The notes beneath the pieces were generated by a model. It was given only the letters and a program-made list of their open reading frames with translations. It did not search any database and was not told the DNA's origin. A stretch of 63,979 nt of DNA, counting the filler, from Choristocarpus tenellus KU-1152 (lineage: Eukaryota > Protista > Phaeophyceae), in the NCBI GenBank assembly GCA_964200185.2. It is 10 parts of 10 records of this genome, joined end to end, with 100 filler letters (N's around TTAATTAATTAA, not from the genome) between each part and the next. Parts side by side here need not be neighbours in the genome. Positions count along the whole stretch, not along the records: positions 10,974 to 17,508 come from CAXNAD020007917.1; positions 17,609 to 23,242 come from CAXNAD020010180.1; positions 23,343 to 28,082 come from CAXNAD020013254.1; 7 more parts are not named here. One strand, given 5' to 3'. The position numbers were made by a program, and so were the translations under genes. This document shows, in pieces, positions 14,201-27,119 of this stretch; positions within the stretch are counted from its first letter, which is position 1, and every line of letters begins with the position of its first letter.

Positions 14201-17200
14201 CATGTGGCGTTACTCATCACCCTATTGTTAAATCATTGACCAGATCTGACGCTATGTTAGCCTTTTGAGTTCTTCTCTTTGAGTTGATTATATGTATGGG
14301 AAAATTACAAATTTTGTGACTGTGCTGACTTGGCGCTATGTGAGGGTATGTGTTGCCTGAAGTGTTTTGTGTAGATTATCATTTGGACTAATGCACCATA
14401 TTATTTAGACCAACATCTTCAATAGGAAGCAAGCTCTGAAGTCTGTCACTTCTCACCTGCTTGTTATGTTTATTTTGTCCTGTGTATTTGTGGAGCAGGG
14501 AGTTGTACAGCTTCTTTAAGCTGCTGAAAAGGAATGGTGATGGGCAACCATTGCTTACAACTCCCATGGCACAGCTGATCCTGTGGCAGGTGTGGCCACT
14601 GCATATGTAATATGTCACAATACCTCCATAGTGGGATCTCTTGTAAATTTGTGATGGATGTACTGAGTAAATATTTCTCTTCCATCCCACTTGTCATTTC
14701 CTTTTTAAGACGGGTGGATTGCTAGAGATTGAATATTCCCCGCCTCCCCCACACTTGACCTAGCCTCACCTTGCCCCCCCCCCTACTCTATTTGAAGTCA
14801 CTAAGGCACCTCAACACCCTCCACGAGGAGATGTATTTTCACGGTGATGTGAAGATGCAGAACATAGTGGTGAAGCCTGTGAAGCACCAAAACGGATGCT
14901 TCAAGACTCTCCTTGTGGATTTCGAGGGTGCACGGAAGGTGGAAGAGGTGGGCATCCATGCACTGATGGATGTGAGCTGTAGGGTGATTTTTTTGATTTG
15001 GAGAAGCAGTTGGCATTTATTTTCCATTTGAGTAGGAATGGATATATTGAACCACCATGTAATGGGACCATCAAGCATTCTTGTATTGTTTTGAGGGCTG
15101 TGAGTTGGTTGTGTTAGTAGAGGTAGATATTGTACTGTCACCGACAAGAGCAAAATTTGGACCTGTCTACCTCCCCACAAATGTATCGCTGATTTCAGTC
15201 TATAGAATGGAACATATCCCCTGCTCATATGTTATCCCTTTGCACTCTCCATCATATTTGCACCTGACAGGAGGACCAGCACGGCAGACCCATGGCTGGC
15301 ATGCCAAAGAGGTTCACATTGCGCTTTCTCATGCCTGATGCGGTGAGTGCAAGACCTTGACAGCTGCACCACTCTTGTATGCTTCCTTGGCTAATACCAT
15401 AGTACAGTGGTGTGTGTGTGTATATTTTGATGGTATTGTTGTTTTGTAATACCCTTGATTTCGAATTGTAATGATAATGATTGTGTATAAATCACCTGAC
15501 TTGATTGGATCACTGTCAAAGGGCCCCAAGACCTTACACCTGCCAATTTCCAGTCCCAAAGTCAGACAGAAATGGTGTTGTGAGGAATGTCTTTGTGGCG
15601 ACTGTTGGCAGTGTGTATCAGGCTTGTTCTGTTCGATATGTTCCAGTTGACATTTTGGCCATGTGTTGGAAGAGAAGTACAAGATAGTATAGGTATTGGT
15701 TGAAGGTACATTCTTTTACTCAAAGCATCATGTTTTATTTATTTTACAGGATACGATTTGATACTATTGAGGTAGACATTTGTTTTATTTTGATGATGAG
15801 TTATGCATGAAGGATCTACACTCTTGTTGTGACTGTTTGCTCATTAAGTATTCGAGGTTTTGAATGACTTCCCTGTTGCTGCACACGGTTGATCCATCCC
15901 CGTCATATCATTCAGCCTATTGTGAACTACCTCAATGCCAATGGGACATACAGTGGGCCATACTCACAGTACAATGCCTGGGAAGCTAATCTTTGGGCCT
16001 TCGCGGCAATGATCCTAGAGGACTACATCCCAGACTTTGGTGTGGAGGGCATTGGCACGAATTCTACCGAGGACTGCCCTCAGGGTATTTCCGAAGGTAG
16101 GAGATGTCCCACAAGCAAATTTGAGCTATTCTATTGCTGAAGGTGGTGAAGGTGGTGGCGGGACTTGAATGGGTTCTACAGCACTGAACACGATATGATG
16201 GTAGAGACTGTACCTTGGTGGATTGTTGCCAAGGTTCCTGGTTGCTGGTAGCATTACTCTTAGATCCAATTGTAGGAATGGTATTGAGATTACTGCTTGA
16301 ACTAGGTGTGCATTACATATTATATTTGTAGGTTGGATATATGATGTTGATTTCAGTTGTGCCATTGTAGGAGAGTGAAGGAATTTTCGTCATGAGTTTA
16401 GTTTCCTTTTCATGATATGGGGGAATCGAAGTTATACGAGTGAAAGTATCTTAGAGGGTATGAGTTTTGCCCTGTTTGTCCATTGGTGGCTTGGCTTCCC
16501 ATGGGTTCTTTTATGACATTTTCCTACTCCAAGATGTTTCAGAGTAGGGGAAGTGTGTATACTATGCAAATGTGTGTCCGAAACATGAATATTGATACTT
16601 CCTAACAGACACGATAGCCAAAATTACATCAAAATCGCAACATTAGATTTTAGCCCTCAAATGGACGCGGCTCTACCATCCAAGATACTTTTGCTCATAC
16701 CCAAATTTATGGATTGTAGAGTGATCATAAGAGCATGTTATCCTACTGCTTGCATATTCAATCTGTTTGATTGTGAGGGTTGAGTTGATTGTGTTGCATG
16801 ATGTATGTACATGTACAAGAGACAGAAATATACTTTACTGAGATTTGAGGTATGTTGGGTGATGTAAGAATCGAGAGCTATCTGTCCCTGTTCAGGTTGG
16901 TCATTGGTAACAACATGTTTGTGCCAATATACAACTTTGTTACCCCTCCTTCCAGATCCTTGCCAGTGAAACTATTGCATTAAGTCTGCCATCCCCCCAT
17001 CCCCTCACCCCTCCCTCTACCTTTCCATACCAATGTCTGTTCTTGTACCTGTGGTGTTCTGTTGCTCTCCTCTCAGACCTGTGGGACCTACTACAACATC
17101 TTGGCACCATTGTAGTCAAGGATAGGTCGACTACAGCTGAGGTTGAGAACCACCCCTGGTACGTCAAGTTCAGGGATATGTGGACCTCCTTTGACATTGC

Positions 17201-17240
17201 TGATGGTGCTGAGACAGGATGGGCAGGGCATGCTAGGCAG
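11209..17240 (+). CDS. Divergent Ser/Thr protein kinase (partial gene, 8 exons)
   Basis: Phase-consistent GT-AG exons 11209-11417, 13298-13535, 13663-13817, 14499-14589, 14798-14947, 15271-15342, 15916-16096, 17077-17240. Subdomains in order: TGGTGSV, VVK, REVEML, GGMELY, HGDVKMQN, DFE, FTLRFLMPD, EANLWAF, DLL..R.T..E...HPW. Confidence 0.88.
11768..11946 (-). mobile_element. MITE family A, full copy
   Basis: TIRs GGCTCAAAGTATCTGG / CTAGATGCTTTGGGCC; TSD AAA; lies in a kinase intron. Confidence 0.9.
16438..16696 (+). mobile_element. MITE family B, full copy
   Basis: TIRs GAGTGAAAGTATCTTAGAGGGTA / TACCATCCAAGATACTTTTGCTC; flanked by ATAC on both sides; lies in a kinase intron. Confidence 0.9.
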
Positions 17241-17608
17241 GTAAGGACGATTGTTATAGTTCATTTTTGTTTTTCTTATGGGCTATGTATGGGGTTCTAC
17301 AACTTGGCCAGCCCTAACCCTAACACTATCTAGGGCTGCACTAGACTGTTCCTAGAGATGTATTGTTTGATCATCCAAAGGGTTGGCAATAGTTGGTAAT
17401 GCTGGATGTACGTTACTGGCAGCAAATGCTCAAAGCATCCTTGGGGTGGGGGGGGTGGGGGGGGTTTCTACATGAGGGTGTTCAGTTGGACTCTGACCAG
17501 GAGAATTGNNNNNNNNNNNNNNNNNNNNNNNNNNNNNNNNNNNNNNNNNNNNTTAATTAATTAANNNNNNNNNNNNNNNNNNNNNNNNNNNNNNNNNNNN
17601 NNNNNNNN

Positions 17609-17659
17609 CAAATGGACACCCAGGTGTAGACCCCCCCCCTCCCACAGATACTTTGGGTC
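17609..17659 (-). mobile_element. MITE family A, partial (contig start)
   Basis: CAAATGGACACCCAGGTGTAGACCCC...CAGATACTTTGGGTC. Confidence 0.85.
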
Positions 17660-17689
17660 CTGGGATTCTGGAATGTACTTTGCTCCCAG

Positions 17690-19692
17690 ACCTCCTCCTG
17701 GGCACTGGTCTCACTAAGCGGTTGCAAGTTTCCTCCAAAGTGACCTGTAGCGTGACAGGGCGAGAGGATGTTATTCAGCTCTGTCTGCCTCTTCAACACA
17801 CACCAGCACTCCGAGAGTGTCATATTGTGATGCTCGCAATTCATGAAAAGTATTTGGTAAGCACCTTGGTGCAGACATCTACCCCCCACCCTGTTCTAGA
17901 GAAGTATAAGCAGAGGGATCAGGGGGGTGATCGTGCCTAGACTGATTTTGCAGGGACAGCCCAGCAAAGGTGTTCTAAGGCAGCAGGCCACATACTTTAG
18001 AATGAGAGAAAAGCTTTAAAGACTATTTGAAAGATAGTTCTCTCAGAAGAAATTTTTCCTTCTGGCAGCTGGAAATCTTGAATATTGTGTTCATAGAATA
18101 GAGATTTCCCTTGTAGAGGTATCTCAAACTCAGCTCATCCACGCACAGGATGCACCAAGGTCACTGAGACTCAATGCACAACAGTACAAGGTGGGGGCAA
18201 CAAGGTGAGTGCAACTTTTAGACAAGTCAGTGGGAATGGGAGATCCGACAAGGAATGGTGGAAAATGTGGGAGAAGAATCTTTGAAGGATGTGGAAAGGA
18301 GGATGGTTTTCTTGCTAATAAACAGCCGTTTGCGGCAGATAGAGTGGATGCAAGGATGAGGGCTGCGAGTTGTTAAAATTGAACTAGGAACAAGCATGGA
18401 AGGTCACACGAGGAGAACGTGAAAATGCTGAGTGTTCTTGGCGGACACTGGATTGCAGTGGTAGCACCACCAGATTAGAAAATATATGATGAGTCAACAA
18501 TGATACTTGAACACATCATGGGCAACCTTGCCCGTCTTTCACAGAAAGCAAAGCACTGGAGCACGTTGTTACTATGATATATATCTTGTTTTCGCAAGGG
18601 AGATGAAGTTTGACTTCATAGTCAATCAGTGGCTTACGAGTGAAAGTATCTTGGAGGGTACGATTTTTGCCCTGTTTGCCCATTTGGGGCTTGGCTTCTC
18701 ATGGGTTCTTTTATGAAATTTTCCTACTCCAAAATGTTTAGGAGTAGGCAAAGTGTGTCAGGAACATGGATATTGACACTTCCTAACAAATGCAATAGCC
18801 AAAATTACATCAAAATCGCAACATTGGACTTTGACCCCCAAATGAACACGGCTCTACCCTCTAAGATACTTTGGCTCTTACACTAGCACCTAAGACAACG
18901 TCGCTCTTTTTTCCCCTAGAGCTCTTTCCTTTTCCATAATCTAGGACACAAGTGAATAGCGCATCGGATCTTGTTCATGGGTACTTTTGGGAGGAACCCA
19001 TGGCAGGAAAAACCCTCCAACCTCTTCTACTCAGAAAGTAAGTTATCGGTCTTCGTACACGATTGACTATAGAGTAGTACCCCAGCTCACTGTATACTAC
19101 TACTCAGAGTATTAGCATTGTATTACACATACTAAATACATAGGTCACATCAAACTCTTCATGACAGTTATGATCTATTCTCGCCTTCTGTAACAGAGAA
19201 TCTCAATTGAAGTACAGCTATATTCAAGTGCAAGAGAAAAGGCAACCACAGTATTTTTGGGGGTACTCAAAACCGAATTGCATCTTCATGAAGCGAGGCA
19301 CGCGGGGATATTGCAACACACAGTATGTTTTCTGATGTAGGGGTAGCAGTGAGACTCAAAGTATCTGGGGGGTGGGGTGGGGGGGGATCTACACCAGGGA
19401 GTCCATTTTGGTCCCTTACCAGGAAAAGGGCACTTACATTACCCATCCGACGCATGCAACCAAATTACCCAAAAATTGCAACATGAAAAAATGTATCCCA
19501 AATGGATAACTGCCGCCCCCCCCCAGATACTTTGAGCCTGATGTGGGTGAGGGATCACTTGAAATTTTCTTCCACAGCAGATATTCTGGACGACTTTCAA
19601 AAAAGATGATTCACTTGGTAGAGCTTTACTCCAACCTTACTTTGTCTCACACAACAGGATCAGTCACACTATTTCTTTGCGTCAGTCATTAG
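17690..19692 (+). CDS. Unidentified multi-exon gene 3' end (candidate)
   Basis: Candidate exons 17690-17856, 18119-18204, 18945-19037, 19578-19692 with GTAAGC/GTGAGT/GTAAGT donors. They splice in frame only if the second AG at 18117-18118 is used. No domain recognised. Confidence 0.33.
18638..18877 (+). mobile_element. MITE family B, full copy
   Basis: TIRs GAGTGAAAGTATCTTGGAGGGTA / TACCCTCTAAGATACTTTGGCTC; flanked by TTAC on both sides. Confidence 0.92.
19353..19538 (+). mobile_element. MITE family A, full copy
   Basis: TIRs GACTCAAAGTATCTGGGG / CCCCAGATACTTTGAGCC; TSD TGA. Confidence 0.92.
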
Positions 19693-20711
19693 ACTTAGCA
19701 CAAGCACGCGCAATTTCTTATCGTATTCCGGGCAGACAATATCTCGGCACAAATGACCGGCTCAACAGCAAAAAATTAAAATCAGGGCAAAACTGCAAGC
19801 GCACCCTTTTTTGCTCTGCAGTCGTCGGTGACTCCAAGTGGATAATTTCAATTCCAGGAATAAGATACACCAATGCAGATCTTTTCGTTTATTATTATAC
19901 AAGTTTAACAGTACTTGTGGGCCTTCCACTACGTAGTAGGGTAGCTAATACAATTTGATAGGCGAACACATCTTACTACGATGTGTTGACACCTATTTAA
20001 TCAATAATTATGTTATCCCAAAACAATATGATGAGCAAAATTTCAAAATCAGAGTTCACTCTCCCATCACTCTTGCTAAAAGTGCCTCTATCATCTTTTC
20101 GAAATTTGTGTACGACTATTCCTACAAAAATTATGGTCTCCCCCTGGTTCCTGTCCCTATTCACACTAATTTCGTCCTACTATAGCGGTATTAAGGGTGG
20201 ACTTTGTAGGAGTCGTCAATAACTCAAAAAGGACCCATTTTGGGTTGGGAAAGGGTTGCAATATTTATTATTCTATTTGTCACACTTTAGAAAAATAGGA
20301 TTATACAAAAAAAATAATCAAGATTAGTATTATTGATATATGTTGCGTGGACACAAACTTCTATACACAACGTTTTCTATTACCTCGAAGGCGGACTTTA
20401 AAAATAATTGGTATAGAGCCGGATGTAACGGTTATGTGATCAAATCTTCTGAACCTCTGAAGTCTGTAGAGCAGCCCTAGAGAAGTAAGGTTAAGACTCC
20501 ATCGACTCAAAGAGACATCTGCAACCTACAATCTGCACTGACTTAGTACTGCAACTGGTGGGATCTGCTGGATGTGCGAGCAAATTTTAACCTGAGAGTG
20601 CGTTGGTACCTTGCGCTAGACCTTTGTGCTTTGCAACCTTCAACTCTCTGTCATCGTACCCTGTCCCTGAGGATTGGAAAGGGGTGATCGTCAAGCCACG
20701 AACGGGGAACA

Positions 20712-22332
20712 ATGAGCGAATTAAAGCCTTTCGTCCTTGCTGCTGAGATTATCGGACATGAGGGCCCGGTGAGCTTCATTGAGTTGTTTTGGAACGATCA
20801 TTACACCTTCGCTAGTCATCAAGACTCAAGGGGAGCAGAGTGGGGTTTGGAGGTGTTTGGGTTGAGTTTATTGGGTTCATGCACGCGTTAGATGTTTTGC
20901 TTATGGAGCTGATCATTCTATGATATTCCGTCATGGTTGCAAGATGTCGTCTTTTCCTCCTTTGCACTTTCTGTGCTTCATTGTACCCATGGCATGTCAT
21001 TGATTTCTCAGGCGTCATGCTCAGGAAGCGGCAATCCCCCCTTCTCAGTTCAGCTGATCGCGCAATGATTTATTTTGTGAGGCAGGTGCGAGCTGTGCAT
21101 GGTCTGGCGGATGGACGGCTGGCGTCTGCGTCACAAGATGCTACCGCGAGAGTATGGATTCCTAGGGGGAAAGATGGAAGCGCAAACATGTATTTTGATA
21201 TGGAAGGTAAGTTGAATGCAATGCAGTGCAGTATTCAGCGAGTTATACATGATATTTTTTGGAAAATTGCGAATAGCTCGAATGTCTCGGAGATTGCGCA
21301 CTTGTCATGTGCGTTCCTCACTCACTTCACATAAGCTCAAGTGGAGATTCGGAGTCAGGACGCTGGTTTGAGTAACTGTGAAAGTCCATGTTCTCAAAAA
21401 CGCACCATGCCAGTGCCTCCACCTGCATCTCCCCGTTTGCATTTCAAGGGGGAGATGTGTATGTCTATTGTGAGCACTATCAGGTTGCATGGATGCCCAG
21501 GGCCGCGAACCGACACTCCCTTACATGCAGAGTGTATGCCTGTGGCTGGCCAACTATGTCACTTGTTGCTTTCTCTCACGACAGGAACGTAAAAACAGGA
21601 AACTGCTAGGAGGAATGGAAACGTGCTTTAGCTGCAAAGGCGGTTTGTAAGAGGAAACCTGACACGCGAGCCTTACTTGTATCATGGTCAGTGCCCACGT
21701 CCTTGACCATCCCCCCCCGTTCACCCTCCCACTATATCACACATTTCCCTCAGGAACTCTGTCAGATCACAACCATTGGGTGATTGCTCTCACATCAATC
21801 CTGGCAGGGGTGCTACCTGATTGCCCACAAGGAGGCCTGGTTACAGGGTGCCTTGACAAGGTCATTCGTGTGTATGACCACATGGGGAAGCTGCAGCGGA
21901 AGCTCACAGGTCACGAAGGAGGAGTAATCTCGTTCAGCTGGACTGTAGGGGGCCAGGTGTGGTGGCATACACTTGCATATATAATATGTACCCTTTGGAT
22001 ATAGGAGAAGCATGCCTTAGTTGTCCATGCGTGGACATTTGTGTCATTGAATTGTATCCCATTTTTTATGTCCAATTTCTCAGTGGTCACATCTGCAAAT
22101 GCTCTGTCACAAGTCCCTTGGTGATTGACACTCAATTTCTCACATACAAATGCACAAATCACCAATACATTTTCGTGTGTTCAATGCGCTTGTGCATACT
22201 TTCACCTGGTAGTTGATCAGTGGCAGCTGGGATGGGACGGCCAAGGTCTGGGATGTGGCAGCTGGCACATGTATGGCCACTCTGGGGGGGCACGAGAATG
22301 GCGTTTGTGTGCTGGGACTGCCTGATGGGAAG
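20712..22332 (+). CDS. PLAA: Phospholipase A2-activating protein / Doa1/Ufd3 homologue, N-terminal WD40 repeats (first four exons)
   Basis: Exons 20712-20768 (MSELKPFVLAAEIIGHEGP), 21086-21206, 21754-21956, 22213-22332 (LISGSWDGTAKVWD...GHENGVCVLGLPDGK). All introns GT-AG and phase-consistent. The WD40 pattern (GH..VRAV, ASASQDATARVW, P.GGLVTG..D, SGSWD.TAKVW) is characteristic of PLAA. Confidence 0.85.
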
Positions 22333-23877
22333 GTGAATATTCCACCGGTTGTCCCTCCAGCGGAATTTCTTGCTTTAGTCCCTTGAAGTAGGTGATTTTT
22401 GTTACAACATGACCCTTGAAACTCATGCCAATGTTAAAGGGTGCTAGACATGGTCTGAAAAGTAACATTGATTACCCTGATCGTAAATGCTAGCCAACAG
22501 GATGTATGTACTTTGCCAGCCTTTCTGTTCTTCTTGCTATTGCGGGAATCATGGCATCATTGGTGACTGTAAGATCAGTTTATGTGGGAATAATGAGAGC
22601 CGGAAAAGGACTTAAGCGGCAACATTTCGTGTATCCAGGCTTCAGAAATCTTATTTTTTTGTCATCTTCTTGAAACGCAACACTTGGACCACTAAACAGG
22701 GCGAAAATTGAAATCAATGCCTAAAGATTGTGTAACCCAGAACTCCCATTTTTTTTTTTGGGGGGGGGTCCTTTGAGTGCCAAAGCACATCATTTCTGAA
22801 AGATGTCATTCCAACACCAACCAAAGTGGCATGGCGATCACGAATCCATCGCCGAGTTGCTTGGCAAATACTCCAGGGGGGTGGTATCCCACCAATAGCA
22901 GTGCGCTCATATGCTCAGTTTGTCTTGGATGACTGCCTTCTGCACATTTGGCATCTAGTTTGAGCAGAGTACCTGAGCAACCAGCCTTTTCTCCCCCTTC
23001 CGTCTGTCCACTGAGACCCCGTTTTCACTCTTTGAGATGACTCTCCGAAATTTTCTGAGTCTTCTCTCGGCAGTCCACCTTATCTTCAGGGCTACTACCC
23101 GCACAATGATGCACTGCACATTATTGAGGTTGACACCAGTCTCCTTCACCAAGCAGGGTGTTCCCTGTGTTCTTGATGTGGTAGCTCTTGCTGAATGGTT
23201 TATCACCTCGGCTTCAAGCCCTCTAGCTATTATTATATTATTNNNNNNNNNNNNNNNNNNNNNNNNNNNNNNNNNNNNNNNNNNNNTTAATTAATTAANN
23301 NNNNNNNNNNNNNNNNNNNNNNNNNNNNNNNNNNNNNNNNNNTCTGGTGTTGTGTGTGTCTTTTGTTTTTGGGTTGTTTTTTTTTTTGTTGTAATGGGAG
23401 GGGGGGGGGGGGGGGGGGGATGATGTCTTTTGATGTAGTGTACTATGCAAAGGCATTAGGCATGACGGTAAGGTGCTGCTATACAGACTACAATATGCCC
23501 TCAAGATTCAATTCAAGGTTGGTGACTGGGCCTATTTCAACATAACACACCTTAGACAACACTTCGCTTTCAGATGATGATATCAATAGTAATGCTCTTT
23601 CACACGACAATTTCGTGGTCCCACTCTCTGGTGTTATCTGTTTGCCAGGTATGTTTTGGACTTGAATATTCCCAGACATTACATTACATATTTTTATTTA
23701 TGGTTTGAACTGGATTTTCTTTGCTGCTATGGGCACAACCTAATTTTTTTTTTTTGTCCATGGTGTGCAGATAATTTTGATTGGGTGCATCATTGCATTG
23801 GTGTGGCAGTGTCAGGACATGTGTAAGTTGTGAATGACATTGCTTGTGGGTCCTTGTGATGCCTTGCAATGTCCCAG

Positions 23878-25422
23878 GATTCGGCAGAGGCATACACTAT
23901 CTTGGAACAAGACCTGGCCAGTAGCAATGAAGAGGGCAGTCAACGTCGCCTGACAATTGCTAACCAACGCATAGACAAAGTTTTCCACACCATTGGGCGT
24001 CTTCGCTTCTGCAAGATGCCAGCAGCCTACAACATTGAAGAGGTGATCGTCCAGCTTATTGTTTACTCCAACATTGATCAGAATAGACATACATTATTGT
24101 TTGTTGATTCAGTGGTGTCCATGCAGATTATCCTGTTGATAGCAATGCCCGATGATTGGCAGAGGTAGTAGTAGTTATGAATATTTTTAGGGTTAGGGTT
24201 AGTTCTGTTGATTAAAACAGTTGAGTGATTTTCCGTTGCTGCATATTGCGTGTGCTTTCCACTTCAATTGTAATGATTGTAATAATAATAATAATAATAA
24301 GAATTTTCAATAGTTCAACTTGCATCCCTGTTTTGAAAAAAACTCTGTAAAAGTGTTGCCTAAAGTGTTGTATATTGCATGAACTGCACATGCCCCCTTG
24401 GTAGCACTAGCACTAGTACAAAGGAATGAATGATGTCTTGAAGTAATTGAGAATGGTATGTGGGTTTGATCTTTTTCACAGTGTTTCGAAGTTGCCTGGG
24501 CTATCCAAATTCAGGTTGTTGCCAACTACACCCACCTAGCACCCCCAAGAAGTCTCTAAGGTGTACAAGAAGGTTAACCTGTGAATATTAACTTTTTTGA
24601 AGTTGATGACAGTGACGGCCGTTCTTGTAACTTTTTTTGTCAAGTTGGAGCCAATAGAAAGCATAAGAGGAAAATACATAGGAGAATAGTAGTACCAGGT
24701 TGGTAGGGAAGCAAGTGTCAACTTAAGAGGGACCAGTTATTTATTTATTACATGTATGTTACTATTTATTTTTGTAAGTGCCTTTTCTGCTTGTTATGGT
24801 AAAGTATTTTTTGTAGAGTTAGGGCTATGTACTTGAGTATGAGTATTTAACACAGTGTACTCTGTGCCACAATAACACCTCAGGCAGGTGTGTTCACATG
24901 AGTCGGTTTCTGTCCAGAAATACATATTTAGGGTTAGGGTTAGGGTTAGTTGTACACCAGTTTATCTTTACTTATTTTTGCTGTGTGATGCACGTAGTCA
25001 AGTACTGAAATGACCTGGCGACAATTTCAGGCTACTGATGATGGTGCTTGCTATTCACAACATGAAGACCTGTTCTGTGTTTATTGAGAACGTATCAACA
25101 GGACCCGCTCGTGCTTCAAACTAGTGCTGACTACTCTCTAGTACTCTGTTTGACTGTTTGGGGGGTTGGATTGGGGGGTGACTCTTTGTAGATGCTGTTT
25201 GTGACAACCCTCTTGTTTTTTTAGTCAAGCACATCACCATGTAACTGTAGAACTGTTTAATACATTGTCTCCTGCAGGTACTTACGCAGCCACCCAAGGT
25301 GGCCCTGGGACAAAAAGTCCGATACCCAGGCAAACCTTCCAGAAGACAACAGAAGCCTGGCCATGCAAAATGAACCCCTGAAAGAGGTTGACTGGACGTA
25401 CTCGATGAAAAGCAAGGGATGA
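23878..25422 (+). CDS. Unidentified gene, candidate exons
   Basis: Exon-like 23878-24042 (CAG|DSAEAY...NIEE|GT) and terminal-exon-like 25278-25422 (YLRSHPRWPWDK...SKG*). Linking exons are unresolved. Confidence 0.3.
24928..24949 (+). repeat. Interstitial telomeric repeat (TTAGGG)3+
   Basis: TTAGGGTTAGGGTTAGGGTTAG. Confidence 0.9.
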
Positions 25423-26257
25423 GGTCCAACAGCATATTCTCTGAGCTGATAGAGGATAGAGAGCCCTCCTTGTTTCTTGTTAATTGTTACCCCTTGCTTG
25501 ACAGTGATGATGGGGGGTTGAAGGTTTGAGTTGACATCATTATGCAGTCTCTCATTCATTTTTCCGTTTGTGTATGTGTGTTTTTGTACTATTTCTACTT
25601 GATGTGGGCATGGTTGATTGAACCGATCAATGATGGATGGACTGTTGAGAACTAGGTTTTTGTAGATGCGCTGTATGTAAGTTTTTTGATCAGACTGTAT
25701 ATCTGTTGCCCATGTTCGGCGTGGTTTGTTGCCAACAGACAGTCGCCCCTATCAATAGATGAGAGTGTGGTTTTGTTTAGTTTGAGGATACAAGTTCAGG
25801 TAGTCAACCAAGGCAATAAAGGTGTCTTTGGTCCAAGGAGGATTGACACCCTCTTGCCCCGCACATTCACACCCTGTGGCGACTGTAGTGCTTGTGCTGT
25901 CTGTGGTGTTGGGTTTATTTCATTGTTTGCTTTGTAAATGTATCACATGGCGTTATTGGTCTTGGCATTGCATCGCTAACTGTTATTATTTTGTTAGTAT
26001 TGATCGACTCTTTCTTGTCTGTGTTGAAATTACTGTTACTGCGAAAATGCAACAGAGGCGAAATGAGATCGAGGTTCATGCTTTGTCTTGTTCCGAGGTT
26101 TCTTCCATACTGTGATTACAAGTTTTTGCCCCTTTTTTTTTGGCAGTTGAGACTGTGACTTGAATGTGTCTTGTTTGGAGGAAATAGCCCTCTTCTTCCG
26201 TGCACATGGAATTGTGTAGTAGGCGTTGGTGCTGAATGATTCGTCACTACTATTATA

Positions 26258-26935
26258 TTCCCTCTGTCCCACAAGTCTGCGACATTTAGGGTGTTAAGTT
26301 GTCGAGATGACGTGGGATGAAAAAGCGGTTTTTATGTTAGATTCCTTGATGTGTTTTATGTGAGAATCATTCTTCGTCACGTTCCTCATTCACATCAACC
26401 CACGAATCCCCCTCCCCGTCGAAAGTCCCTCTGTTGACTCTGACCGATTTGGTAGACTTCCCTCACACTGCCTTTTCCTAGTTCCAGTGTGGTGTACCTC
26501 GACATCTTTAGCCCCTAGCTACCGCCTTCAAACCTTGATTGTACCTCTTAAAGAGGTTCTGCCACACCCTCTCTGGAGTACCTGCCGCGTCTTACATGTT
26601 GTACATGTTCTTTACCCTCTTCACAATACACGACCATTCCCTCACCCTCCTACTGTTGTTTTTTTTCAATGCCTGGAGAAAAGTCTCAACGTACCACTTC
26701 CACTACCACTGAGTGTCAATGGTCACATCAAAGTCGTACTACTACCTCTCTCGTGGGTGGTCGAATTTATCTGCGCCTGCTTGATAACGCAAATACGCCA
26801 GATTCCGATCTTGCCGTTGAAATTGCGGGAAGGATCGGAGCAGATGAACATCACCCTAGGAATGTGACTCTTATGGTGGAACCGACCTTTCCTCCCTGCC
26901 TCTTATGGTCCAGAACCTAAGCAAGAGTCCTAAGA
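26258..26935 (-). mobile_element. Internally deleted DD39D (plant/stramenopile-type) mariner transposon remnant
   Basis: Transposase motifs HKSHIPRVMF...FNGKIGIW and PERVWQNLFKRYN...VHHTG.RKRQ.EG on the minus strand. Stowaway/mariner-type terminus TA|TTCCCTCTGTCCCA at 26256-26271. Confidence 0.75.
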
Positions 26936-26940
26936 CTCAT

Positions 26941-27119
26941 GACCCAAAGTATCTGGAGGTGGGGGGGGAATCTACACCAGGGTGTCCATTTGGACCAAAA
27001 CCTGGAAAAGTGCACTAACATTATCCATCTGACGTGTGTAACCAACTCACCCAAATATCGTGACATGAAAAATTGACCCCAAATGGACAGCTGCCACCTC
27101 CCTCCAGATACTTTCAGTC
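26941..27119 (+). mobile_element. MITE family A, full copy
   Basis: TIRs GACCCAAAGTATCTGGAGG / CCTCCAGATACTTTCAGTC; flanked by TCAT on both sides. Confidence 0.9.

Noticed and set aside
22690-23240. Possible Tc1/IS630-like transposase remnant on the minus strand
   Set aside because: Only faint motif resemblance (PLEYLP..MDS, EFW..QS) and no TIR seen; too weak to call.
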